Of a DNA stretch of 64,000 nt, positions 12,701-20,431 are shown one piece after another. Under the pieces are notes generated by a model. The model saw only the letters and a list, made by a program, of their open reading frames with translations, was not told where the DNA came from and did no database searches. This DNA is from an uncultured virus (IMG/VR IMGVR_UViG_3300008110_000044) (taxonomy: Duplodnaviria; Heunggongvirae; Uroviricota; Caudoviricetes): the IMG/VR virus record IMGVR_UViG_3300008110_000044, one strand, 5' to 3'. Made by a program: the position numbers and the translations under genes. Each line of letters opens with the position of its first letter. Position 1 is the first letter of the stretch.

Positions 12701-12833
12701 TAATTATTTGCTGAGCGGTTAATTTTTGTTCGTAGGCAGTAATACAGCTGCCGCATACTAATTTTCCATCTGAAGCTACCCTGTCTTGACATCCGCAGGT
12801 AATTGTAGCTCCACAATTTTGACATGTTCTCAT
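12678..12833 (-). CDS. Small Cys-rich protein (51 aa)
   Basis: Manual translation MRTCQNCGATITCGCQDRVASDGKLVCGSCITAYEQKL...; six Cys (CxxC, CxC, CxxC); fills the operon gap. Confidence 0.65.
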   Translation of the reverse strand: MRTCQNCGATITCGCQDRVASDGKLVCGSCITAYEQKLTAQQIINENPSTT

Positions 12834-12857
12834 CTGGTTTTTGGTTTTATTTAGAAA

Positions 12858-13412
12858 TTAACAAGTGCACTGTATCTGACTTGTAATCTTATCTAGCCTT
12901 TTCTTTGCATAGATAAGAAGCTCAATACCTTCTTCAGGCTGATGAGCATATTCCACTTTTGCCTTTGCCGCCTCTATAAAACTTCTAATAAGACGAAGTT
13001 CCTTTAATTTTTCTTTAAGATCTGCATCTGGTTCACAAGCTCCTAACTCCAACTCAGCTAAAAGATTGAAGTATCTGTTCATAGTCTGAGTAACTCTTAA
13101 ATGATTATACTCAGTAAAGACAGAACTATTAGGAGAAACAGAATAACTAATAACGTAAATACCGTCAGGAAGAATTTCACTAGTTTGTCCACAACCTGTG
13201 CGTTGAAGACCCAAAGTACATGCATTTAGTACTAAGTTAAAATTAGGGAGAACCTCAATAGATCTAGGAAGGTTAAATCCTGGAGAAGTAATATTTAAAG
13301 TTCCACACTCTACGGGAAGTTCCGGAGCGTAACTACTGTTGTCAACAATACGTAAAACCTTGATATTGTTGGACTCTGGCAGCTCTAAACTTAGCTGATG
13401 TTTGCTAGCCAT
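12858..13412 (-). CDS. Putative structural protein
   Basis: 184-aa ORF in the structural operon after a promoter-like motif. Confidence 0.55.
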   Translation of the reverse strand: MASKHQLSLELPESNNIKVLRIVDNSSYAPELPVECGTLNITSPGFNLPRSIEVLPNFNLVLNACTLGLQRTGCGQTSEILPDGIYVISYSVSPNSSVFTEYNHLRVTQTMNRYFNLLAELELGACEPDADLKEKLKELRLIRSFIEAAKAKVEYAHQPEEGIELLIYAKKRLDKITSQIQCTC

Positions 13413-13454
13413 TATATTAAACTTTTATAATTTATAGATTTGTGAGTACAGGTT

Positions 13455-13470
13455 CTCAATAATAATATAC
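13455..13470 (-). promoter_or_regulatory. Candidate late promoter GTATATTATTATTGAG
   Basis: Same motif precedes minus-strand operons at 20346, 30194 and 58138. Confidence 0.5.
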
Positions 13471-13490
13471 TGATTTTTTAGGAGTTTACC

Positions 13491-13529
13491 AAAAACAAAA
13501 AGGGAGGGACCATTTGGTCCGCTCCCTTA
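13491..13529 (-). terminator. Intrinsic terminator
   Basis: Minus strand AAGGGAGCGGACC-AAAT-GGTCCCTCCCTT followed by a T-run. Confidence 0.75.
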
Positions 13530-13552
13530 TGTTTATGGTGCAGGGGAAAACC

Positions 13553-14899
13553 TTAGAATGACTCCAAAGATACCGCGTTACCAGCTGCAGTACAGCTATT
13601 TACAATGAAATCTGTAATGCTAGAAACCGCAGTTCCAGTTGGAACGTGAACTACTAACAAATACTGATCATTGTCAAAAGTGCTGGTAGGGTTGTTAAAT
13701 CTTGGCACATTGTGCAAGATCAACACTTGATCATAAAGAGCACTACGAGTTACTGTAGCCAAAGCTGGATCAGCTTCAATCTCTCTCATTCTCAAGCTAT
13801 CAACACGGCTGCTGTCAGGGTAAGCGTTCTGCAAGTAACGTCCGTCAAGGATCAAGTCACGAAGAACTGTTTCACCAAGACCAGAAGCTTGTGCAGGAGC
13901 TTGTACTTCTGATACAGAAATACACTCTACTTTACAAGGATCACCAGACTCGTCTACTACAGAAGCATAAACGAACAATGGTTCAAGATCATACTTGTCA
14001 GTTGGAGTAAAGGTACAGTTACCAAATGTAGTATCTACATATGCAGCAACAATATCCATGTGAGAGTTTACACTACCCAAGCTAGAAGTAGCAGGAGTGT
14101 AACCAGCGGTAGTTTGTGCAGTATAGATAACCGCGTTACCATCTGTAGAGCTAATAGCTGCTGCAGAAAGAACTACGTTAGCATAGCCAGAGCTAGCTGA
14201 ATCTGCTGCACCTACGCTTACTACCAAGCTATTAGGAGCTAAAGAAGCATGAACTACTTTTTCACCAGCTGAGAAGCTAGCAGCATCTGCGTTTGCTACA
14301 ACAATAGTAGCAGAGCCAGAAGTAGGATTGATTGCTACAGAAGCTGTAGTTTCTTTCCATACTTTAGCTTGAATGAAGTCCTTCAACAAAGGAGCTTCGT
14401 TGATCTGATCTGCCCATTTCAAAAGAGCCACAGTTTGATCAATAGGACTGTTAGAAGAATCACAGCATCCTGTGTAAGCATCTAAAGTCTTGTACAACTG
14501 ATGGTTCAAGAAACGAAGAGCAGGAGAACCTTTAACATCAACACGTAGACGAACTGTGCTGTCGCAAGCAAGACCTGCACAAGCAGAAGCTTCTACTTTG
14601 ATAATTTGGTTCTTAGCAGCCTTAGCAGAAACTTTGATAAGACGGCTGATGTACTTAGGGTTGATAGCCTTAGACTTCTTAGACTCTTTGTAACCACCGT
14701 GAACGGGGCCAATTTTGTCTGAAGCAAAACGACTACCTTCAGCTAGGATGAACGGAGCAGCTTGAGCTGATACAACTTGGAAAGTCTTTGCATCAAAGAA
14801 ACCAATTTGTCCTGCAGTCAAACCATCTGTACCACCAGAGCTTTTAAGAGTTGTGCTCGCAGGGAGGAAACTCTTACGAAATGCATGAGGAAAATACAT
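13553..14899 (-). CDS. Structural protein, probable auxiliary capsid/decoration protein
   Basis: 448 aa, Ala/Ser-rich; shares a 17-nt 5' leader with the MCP gene; position in the crAss-like head module. Confidence 0.55.
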   Translation of the reverse strand: MYFPHAFRKSFLPASTTLKSSGGTDGLTAGQIGFFDAKTFQVVSAQAAPFILAEGSRFASDKIGPVHGGYKESKKSKAINPKYISRLIKVSAKAAKNQIIKVEASACAGLACDSTVRLRVDVKGSPALRFLNHQLYKTLDAYTGCCDSSNSPIDQTVALLKWADQINEAPLLKDFIQAKVWKETTASVAINPTSGSATIVVANADAASFSAGEKVVHASLAPNSLVVSVGAADSASSGYANVVLSAAAISSTDGNAVIYTAQTTAGYTPATSSLGSVNSHMDIVAAYVDTTFGNCTFTPTDKYDLEPLFVYASVVDESGDPCKVECISVSEVQAPAQASGLGETVLRDLILDGRYLQNAYPDSSRVDSLRMREIEADPALATVTRSALYDQVLILHNVPRFNNPTSTFDNDQYLLVVHVPTGTAVSSITDFIVNSCTAAGNAVSLESF

Positions 14900-14938
14900 G
14901 ATTTTGCAATTTAGGGGTTAATAAATAAAAAAAAATAA

Positions 14939-15355
14939 TTAGCTTAAAAACATTAATTTATACTTTACTGAAGCTATCAAACTCTTCATCTCATCTAACT
15001 GATTAACTATCTCAGAGAAAGGCATTATTTTTTGCAAGTCTGAGATCTCGTTATACAGTTCTTTCACATGTGCGAGAGCTTCTTGTACAGAACCACATTT
15101 ATAAGGTGATACTGTAGGTATATCCAAGAGTTTTTCACGAGCTCCTTGGTATTGCTCGGTTACTGCATCTACAAGTCCAGGCATTCCTTCATAGAATTCA
15201 CCAAGAGCTTTATGTGCAGAAAATGAACCAGGTCCAGAAATCTTAAGATGCAATTGATGCATACTTATAGTCAATGCTTGAGCATGAGCTATCATAGCTG
15301 CTGTCTCTGTACAAGGACCCATTGGACCAGGTCTAGGTATTTTACTTAGTGCCAT
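14939..15355 (-). CDS. Ferritin/Dps-like protein
   Basis: HQLHLKISGPGSFSAHKALGEFYE...D...EQYQG...YKL four-helix ferroxidase-like pattern. Confidence 0.7.
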   Translation of the reverse strand: MALSKIPRPGPMGPCTETAAMIAHAQALTISMHQLHLKISGPGSFSAHKALGEFYEGMPGLVDAVTEQYQGAREKLLDIPTVSPYKCGSVQEALAHVKELYNEISDLQKIMPFSEIVNQLDEMKSLIASVKYKLMFLS

Positions 15356-16056
15356 TAGCTATTTCTTTGTGCATTTTGAACTTCTCTCTGATACTGAATC
15401 ATGCTTTCCATATCTCCAGCAAGAATAGCTGCGGCTTCGTCTATAATGATTTCACAGATATCATCCTTTAGTTCACAGATTACATCTGTGGTGTAGGCAC
15501 TACCTGTACTAGGGTTGACACAACCGTTAAACTGAACTTCTCTTGGTTTTCTATAATAAACAAGCTTTATGTCTTCAACATCAAACTTATTATTTGTATA
15601 GATCCTGATCTTATCTCCAATTATTGTACAGAATGTTTCTCCCCAATCATAAGATGGTCCTTTAAACTCATCTGATATAAGAACATCTACGTTAGCTTCT
15701 TCTGCTTGATATACAGAAAGTTTAACCTTTGGACAGCATTCAGTTTTACCATTAGCACTAACTCTTGCAAAGTGCAAGTAATTAAGTGGAATGTTAGCTG
15801 TTTCAAAGTATTTATTTCTTTTTGTGCCGGCAAGATCTGCTTCACCAAGAAGAATCTGCAAGTCATCAATAATATTAATACTTTGTTCTGCTGTCTCTTT
15901 TTTAGAATTAAGTCCGTGAATCTGTCTACGAGTCCACTCAAGCTGAGCTTTATTAAAAGCTTCTTGGATCATCCAACACTCAATGTTGTCATAATCAAAT
16001 GAAGCAAGCTTATTCAGCCTCTGCTTAAACTTAATCTGTAAAAGGTTATTATTCAT
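15355..16056 (-). CDS. Putative neck/ring (head-tail connector) protein
   Basis: FNKAQ...YYRKP...EIIIDEAA pattern; second gene downstream of MCP as in crAss-like phages. Confidence 0.55.
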   Translation of the reverse strand: MNNNLLQIKFKQRLNKLASFDYDNIECWMIQEAFNKAQLEWTRRQIHGLNSKKETAEQSINIIDDLQILLGEADLAGTKRNKYFETANIPLNYLHFARVSANGKTECCPKVKLSVYQAEEANVDVLISDEFKGPSYDWGETFCTIIGDKIRIYTNNKFDVEDIKLVYYRKPREVQFNGCVNPSTGSAYTTDVICELKDDICEIIIDEAAAILAGDMESMIQYQREVQNAQRNS

Positions 16057-16062
16057 ATCTTA

Positions 16063-17079
16063 TTATGCGTTCCAGTATTTTTCAACTTTCTTGGTTAAAT
16101 CTATCAAGATCTCTTCATTCAGAGGGTTCTTTAGATATTCTACAACATCACTCGGTGTTCTTCCAAGCATAGTAACTGTCTGCATATGATAGATAAAACC
16201 ATCAGCTTTTGTAGCTATGAACTTATAGTAAGAACAATCTTTTACAATAGCTCGGATCTTTAGCGTTTCCATATCCAGGTTAGCAGCATCCAAGAATCTT
16301 TGAGCGGTCTTACGTTTATCCTTTTCTATCAAGTCTCCATTAATATATTTATCCATGTTATCATAGATGATATCATTAGGAGTAGACTTTTTGTACTGTG
16401 CACTGTTTGGATCAAGAACCTTAGCTACATATAGTAACTTATTCTGGTTTTTATCAAACAGTTTTTGAAGTTCAGAAAGAGCTTTGTTGCGAAGCTTCTT
16501 AACTTCGGTCTGGATAGAAGCTGTTTCTTCTAGTTTGTCCAGATAAAATTTAGGAGGAACTGGCATTCTACGAGCTTCTTCTAAACTACGAGCTACAATT
16601 GAAAACCCTCCGGCATCTATTGCATAAATTCTAATAAGATCATATGGATCTTTATCAGGCTCTAAGAATACAGGTTCATTACCACATCGGATCTTAATCT
16701 TGTCCCAGAAATCCGAGTTATCTGGTTTTAGTAGTTTGCACTTGTTCCAAAATTGTTCATCTGTTGGATCAATTACATTAGAAGCAAGTTCTTTTTCAAG
16801 CTGAGCTACTACTTGTCTAATTTGTTTAATCTTAGCTTCTTGCTCATCCATTGAAAGTTCTTTTACTTCAGGAGCAAACTCATTTAAACCAGTAAGGTAT
16901 CTTTTGATACCGTTGATTTCTAAACAAGCTAATTGCTCTTCGTGAAAAGCTCCATCAAAAAGACTTAATCCGTACTTCTGAAGTCCCATGTTATCTACGA
17001 TAGGATCAAAATAAGGACGGATAGCAATGCTAGATCTTTTGTTCTGTGGATACTTCTCCACAATTGTTACTGCACTCAT
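16063..17079 (-). CDS. Conserved head-module protein downstream of MCP
   Basis: Helical ORF; likely start MSAVT at 17079 because the upstream extension lies in a structured region. Confidence 0.6.
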   Translation of the reverse strand: MSAVTIVEKYPQNKRSSIAIRPYFDPIVDNMGLQKYGLSLFDGAFHEEQLACLEINGIKRYLTGLNEFAPEVKELSMDEQEAKIKQIRQVVAQLEKELASNVIDPTDEQFWNKCKLLKPDNSDFWDKIKIRCGNEPVFLEPDKDPYDLIRIYAIDAGGFSIVARSLEEARRMPVPPKFYLDKLEETASIQTEVKKLRNKALSELQKLFDKNQNKLLYVAKVLDPNSAQYKKSTPNDIIYDNMDKYINGDLIEKDKRKTAQRFLDAANLDMETLKIRAIVKDCSYYKFIATKADGFIYHMQTVTMLGRTPSDVVEYLKNPLNEEILIDLTKKVEKYWNA

Positions 17080-17103
17080 GTTGGGTTTTTTGTTGTTAAG
17101 AAA

Positions 17104-17309
17104 GCCGGTTATACCGGTGATCTTATTTTGAACCTGTTGAGAGTTGCAAGCTCTCCATGTGATCATCATGGTTTGCGTACAACAGGTGAGACTCTAATAA
17201 ACTAGATGTTCGGAAGAGTCGGACCTAGATGCTGAGACCTAGGCGGGGTAAAATGACTCAGAGCTGATGCGGGTGTTTTAGCCAGCTGGGCTGGTAGCTG
17301 TTAACCGGC
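17104..17309 (+). ncRNA. Candidate structured ncRNA (strand uncertain)
   Basis: Closing stem GCCGGTTA/TAACCGGC with internal ACCTGTTG/CAACAGGT, GAGAGT-TGCAA-GCTCTC, GACTCT/AGAGTC, CCTAG/CTAGG. Confidence 0.5.
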
Positions 17310-17333
17310 CTGAGTACTGTTATCTTTATAAAT

Positions 17334-17359
17334 GCAGGAGAAGTTACGGCTCCTCCTGC
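17334..17359 (-). terminator. Hairpin after MCP stop (terminator or stabiliser)
   Basis: GCAGGAG...CTCCTGC stem, weak U-tract. Confidence 0.45.
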
Positions 17360-17370
17360 TTTATTATAAA

Positions 17371-18990
17371 TTAGAATGATCCACCAGTAACAGGGTTTCT
17401 CATAACGATCTTCAACACCTTGGTTGGGTCTTTAACCCAGATAGCTGGCATTGTTTGTGTCATGAACACTCTGTAACCATTGAAGGCACCAGAGCTTTGG
17501 AAACCTTGAGTACGTCCCATGTAATCCATGGTACCGTTCTGATAGAACCACTTCAATTGATTGTCCCAAGATAGCTTCAACAAGAAGATGTTGTCATTAG
17601 CGTTCTCAGTAATATCAAAGATAATGAAGTTATAAGAAGATAGAGGGAAACCATCAATGATTGGGTTCTCAATATCGTTAGTATGAATGTTATCAAACGC
17701 TGGGTTCAATACAAACTTAACGTTAGCCAAGAAAGGAATAACGTATTGAGTGTATGCAAAACCAAAGTTTAGATCCATACCTTTACCAGTGATAGCTCCA
17801 ATCTCAGAAGCATTAATAACAAGTCCGCTGTTGATAGCTTCCTTCTTAATAGCTTCGTTAACAAGCTTCATACCACCTAAGCCAGTTTGTACAACAAGCT
17901 GACGCTTAGGATCTGGTCCTTGGAATTCAACTTTACCATTGAAGAAGTTGAAGATTTCAGACTTGAACAAGTCAAGATTGAAAGAACCTTTGTTGTAGAT
18001 ACGCTTGTAAGAGTTATCCAACTGCTTCCAAAGACCTACTGACAAACGGATATCATCTGGACCGTCTTGCTTAACCTTACCACCTTGACCCCACATTAAG
18101 TAGGTTTCAATGTCGTTAGCAACTTTTGTAAGGTGAGCAGCTTCCAAAGTAGTCAAGAATGTACGAGTAAGCTGACCAGATTGGTAAGCCTTCTTTACAT
18201 AATCTTTACCCATTTTAGCAGCCATACCTTCCAAAGAAGATACTGCAGGATCTACTGATTTGTCAAAGTTTCTCCAAAGCTCAATAACAGGAACTGTTCC
18301 GTCAGCTTTCAAGCCACCTTTCATCATCAAGTCAGCACGAGAGCTGATAGAATAATGAACGTGAGCTTCAGCACCTCCTACATAGTTGTAGAATTCACGG
18401 AAACCAGCAGATACGTTACCAAGATCAGAGAACTTCTCACCGTATTCACCACGGGCAGAACCCTTACGGAATACTTTAGTTCCTACTTTCAAGTACTTGT
18501 TATCCAAATACTTAGCATTGTCATTGTTCACAAGCTGAACAGTGTAGATGAAACCGTCACCAGCTGGGATAATATCGTCAGCAGTGATGTACATTTCAAC
18601 ACCGTTGTATTTGTCATAAGTGATGATGTCACCATGTCCAAAAGAACGCTTGTTAACTTTAATTTTAAAGCTCTGTCCGTCAATACCTTTAGTGGCATTT
18701 GCGGATTCTACATCTTCAATGATGTAAGGTAGATCCTGAGCTACAGGGATCTGCCATTTGTACTCACCACGTGCATTATCTACAGAGATAATGTTCTTTC
18801 CTCCAAAGCTGGACATCTGGTACAAAGGCATTTCTACCTTTTGAGCCATTGCCCATAGATCTACGGGACCAAGATCAGTTGGTTCCGCACTCTTAAGAAG
18901 GTTTGAAAGGTGGTAAGAATCTACGTGTGAGCTAGTCTGATAGCTGGTATCTCGTAGAAATATACCATTGTTCAAAACAGGAGTTGCCAT
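17371..18990 (-). CDS. Major capsid protein (crAss-like)
   Basis: 539 aa with strongly biased codons, downstream of portal and scaffold; typical crAss-like MCP size and position. Confidence 0.8.
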   Translation of the reverse strand: MATPVLNNGIFLRDTSYQTSSHVDSYHLSNLLKSAEPTDLGPVDLWAMAQKVEMPLYQMSSFGGKNIISVDNARGEYKWQIPVAQDLPYIIEDVESANATKGIDGQSFKIKVNKRSFGHGDIITYDKYNGVEMYITADDIIPAGDGFIYTVQLVNNDNAKYLDNKYLKVGTKVFRKGSARGEYGEKFSDLGNVSAGFREFYNYVGGAEAHVHYSISSRADLMMKGGLKADGTVPVIELWRNFDKSVDPAVSSLEGMAAKMGKDYVKKAYQSGQLTRTFLTTLEAAHLTKVANDIETYLMWGQGGKVKQDGPDDIRLSVGLWKQLDNSYKRIYNKGSFNLDLFKSEIFNFFNGKVEFQGPDPKRQLVVQTGLGGMKLVNEAIKKEAINSGLVINASEIGAITGKGMDLNFGFAYTQYVIPFLANVKFVLNPAFDNIHTNDIENPIIDGFPLSSYNFIIFDITENANDNIFLLKLSWDNQLKWFYQNGTMDYMGRTQGFQSSGAFNGYRVFMTQTMPAIWVKDPTKVLKIVMRNPVTGGSF

Positions 18991-19020
18991 AGGGCATCGG
19001 ATTTAGGGGTTAATAAAATA

Positions 19021-20316
19021 TTAGCGTTTAAAAATATTCTGTGGTCTAGATATTCTTCTTGGTCTTTGTTCATCCTCTTCCTGATAAGTAGAGACGTTTT
19101 TACGACTCTGCTCAGTCTTAAGCTGGCGTACTGTTTGTTCAACAGCTGCGTTCTTTCCTTGTTTTACAAGGTTCTGACGATATTCTTCAGGATTAGATAG
19201 TAACCAAAGAGCTTCAGCAATAAGTGGGTAGTTAGGCTCAACAAACTGATACTTCTCTAAAAGATGACCTAACTGGTTAGTTGGTCTTCCACTAATAGAA
19301 GGGTAGTTTGGTTGAACTAAACCGCTATACAACTGAGCCTGTGTTTTTTTATCAAGCTTAAGACCATTAATTTCTGCTGGTCTAAGAGCTTCAAACACAT
19401 TTTGCATATAAGCTTGGGCAGCTTGTTCTTGCTGTTGTTTTCTAGATTCTTGCTCTGCAAGCTGACTCTGCACGATTTCTTCTTGCATTTGGTCAAGCTT
19501 GGGTTTGAACTGCTTAGCTTTCTTTTCCAGTACTCCAAGATCTTTCCAAGTAGTTAACTCTTCTTGGATCTCTTCATCTGTACCAAATCCTGTAGCTTGT
19601 AAATAAGACTTTACAATACCTTCCTGATCATTTTCATCAGCAGGATTTAAAGATCTAACCTGTTCAACTTGAGCTAAGGCTTGGAAAAGACCTTTAAGAT
19701 CTTGTCCGCCATCTGCTACATACTTAGCTGCATATTGCAGCTCTTCAGGTAAAGACTCAAAGAACTCTTGTGGAGTTTTAGCAGCTACCTCATTTTTAAG
19801 GTTATCTATGTTAGCCTGCCAAAGCTCCTCTATATCTTTCTCTCCAAGAGTACCTAAGTAATCTTCAAGAGATTGTTTACTTTCATCATAGTCATCAAAG
19901 GCAAACATTTCCTTTGATTCTATACGTTTTTTAAGAAACTCAACAAGACCAGACTTTTCAGTTTTAGGACGTCCGCCCTTTGACTTTTTCTGATCATCTT
20001 GATCTTCTTCATCTAACTCGTCAAAAACATCTGTTGATGTTCCACGAGAAACACTACCTTCTTTATCCTTATTTTCATCAGGATCTGGATCTGTGTCTTT
20101 TTTGTCATCTGAACTAGAATCATCTGTTTTATCAGGTTCATCTATAAAACTCAGATCAACATCTTTTTTACTAAAGATATTAGCTTTTTGTTCTGGTTTC
20201 TTAGTATCAACCCCGGTTGCGGTTACTATACTATCGGCACCTGGTGCCCCCAGCCAACTATCTATATCTAGATCTACTTGCTGTACAGAGGTCTGCACAT
20301 CTTTTTGGTTTTCCAT
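19021..20316 (-). CDS. Putative scaffolding protein
   Basis: Acidic disordered N-terminus and coiled-coil C-terminus; lies between portal and MCP. Confidence 0.65.
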   Translation of the reverse strand: MENQKDVQTSVQQVDLDIDSWLGAPGADSIVTATGVDTKKPEQKANIFSKKDVDLSFIDEPDKTDDSSSDDKKDTDPDPDENKDKEGSVSRGTSTDVFDELDEEDQDDQKKSKGGRPKTEKSGLVEFLKKRIESKEMFAFDDYDESKQSLEDYLGTLGEKDIEELWQANIDNLKNEVAAKTPQEFFESLPEELQYAAKYVADGGQDLKGLFQALAQVEQVRSLNPADENDQEGIVKSYLQATGFGTDEEIQEELTTWKDLGVLEKKAKQFKPKLDQMQEEIVQSQLAEQESRKQQQEQAAQAYMQNVFEALRPAEINGLKLDKKTQAQLYSGLVQPNYPSISGRPTNQLGHLLEKYQFVEPNYPLIAEALWLLSNPEEYRQNLVKQGKNAAVEQTVRQLKTEQSRKNVSTYQEEDEQRPRRISRPQNIFKR

Positions 20317-20345
20317 AACTTATATTGGTTTTTTATGGTGTACTT

Positions 20346-20362
20346 CTACAATAATAATATAC
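20346..20362 (-). promoter_or_regulatory. Candidate late promoter GTATATTATTATTGTAG
   Basis: Recurrent motif upstream of the scaffold/MCP genes. Confidence 0.55.
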
Positions 20363-20414
20363 AACTTTAAACTCTAAAAATTTAAAACCACCCCTCAGTA
20401 TGGACCTGAAGTAT

Positions 20415-20431
20415 GGATAATAGAGCTATAA
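20415..20431 (-). repeat. 17-bp motif TTATAGCTCTATTATCC, copy 1
   Basis: Exact copy at 39749-39765 (+); both directly follow a stop codon. Confidence 0.7.

Noticed and set aside
17080..17169. N-terminal extension of ORF 16063-17169
   Set aside because: Overlaps the structured element; ATG 17079 has the typical A/C-rich leader
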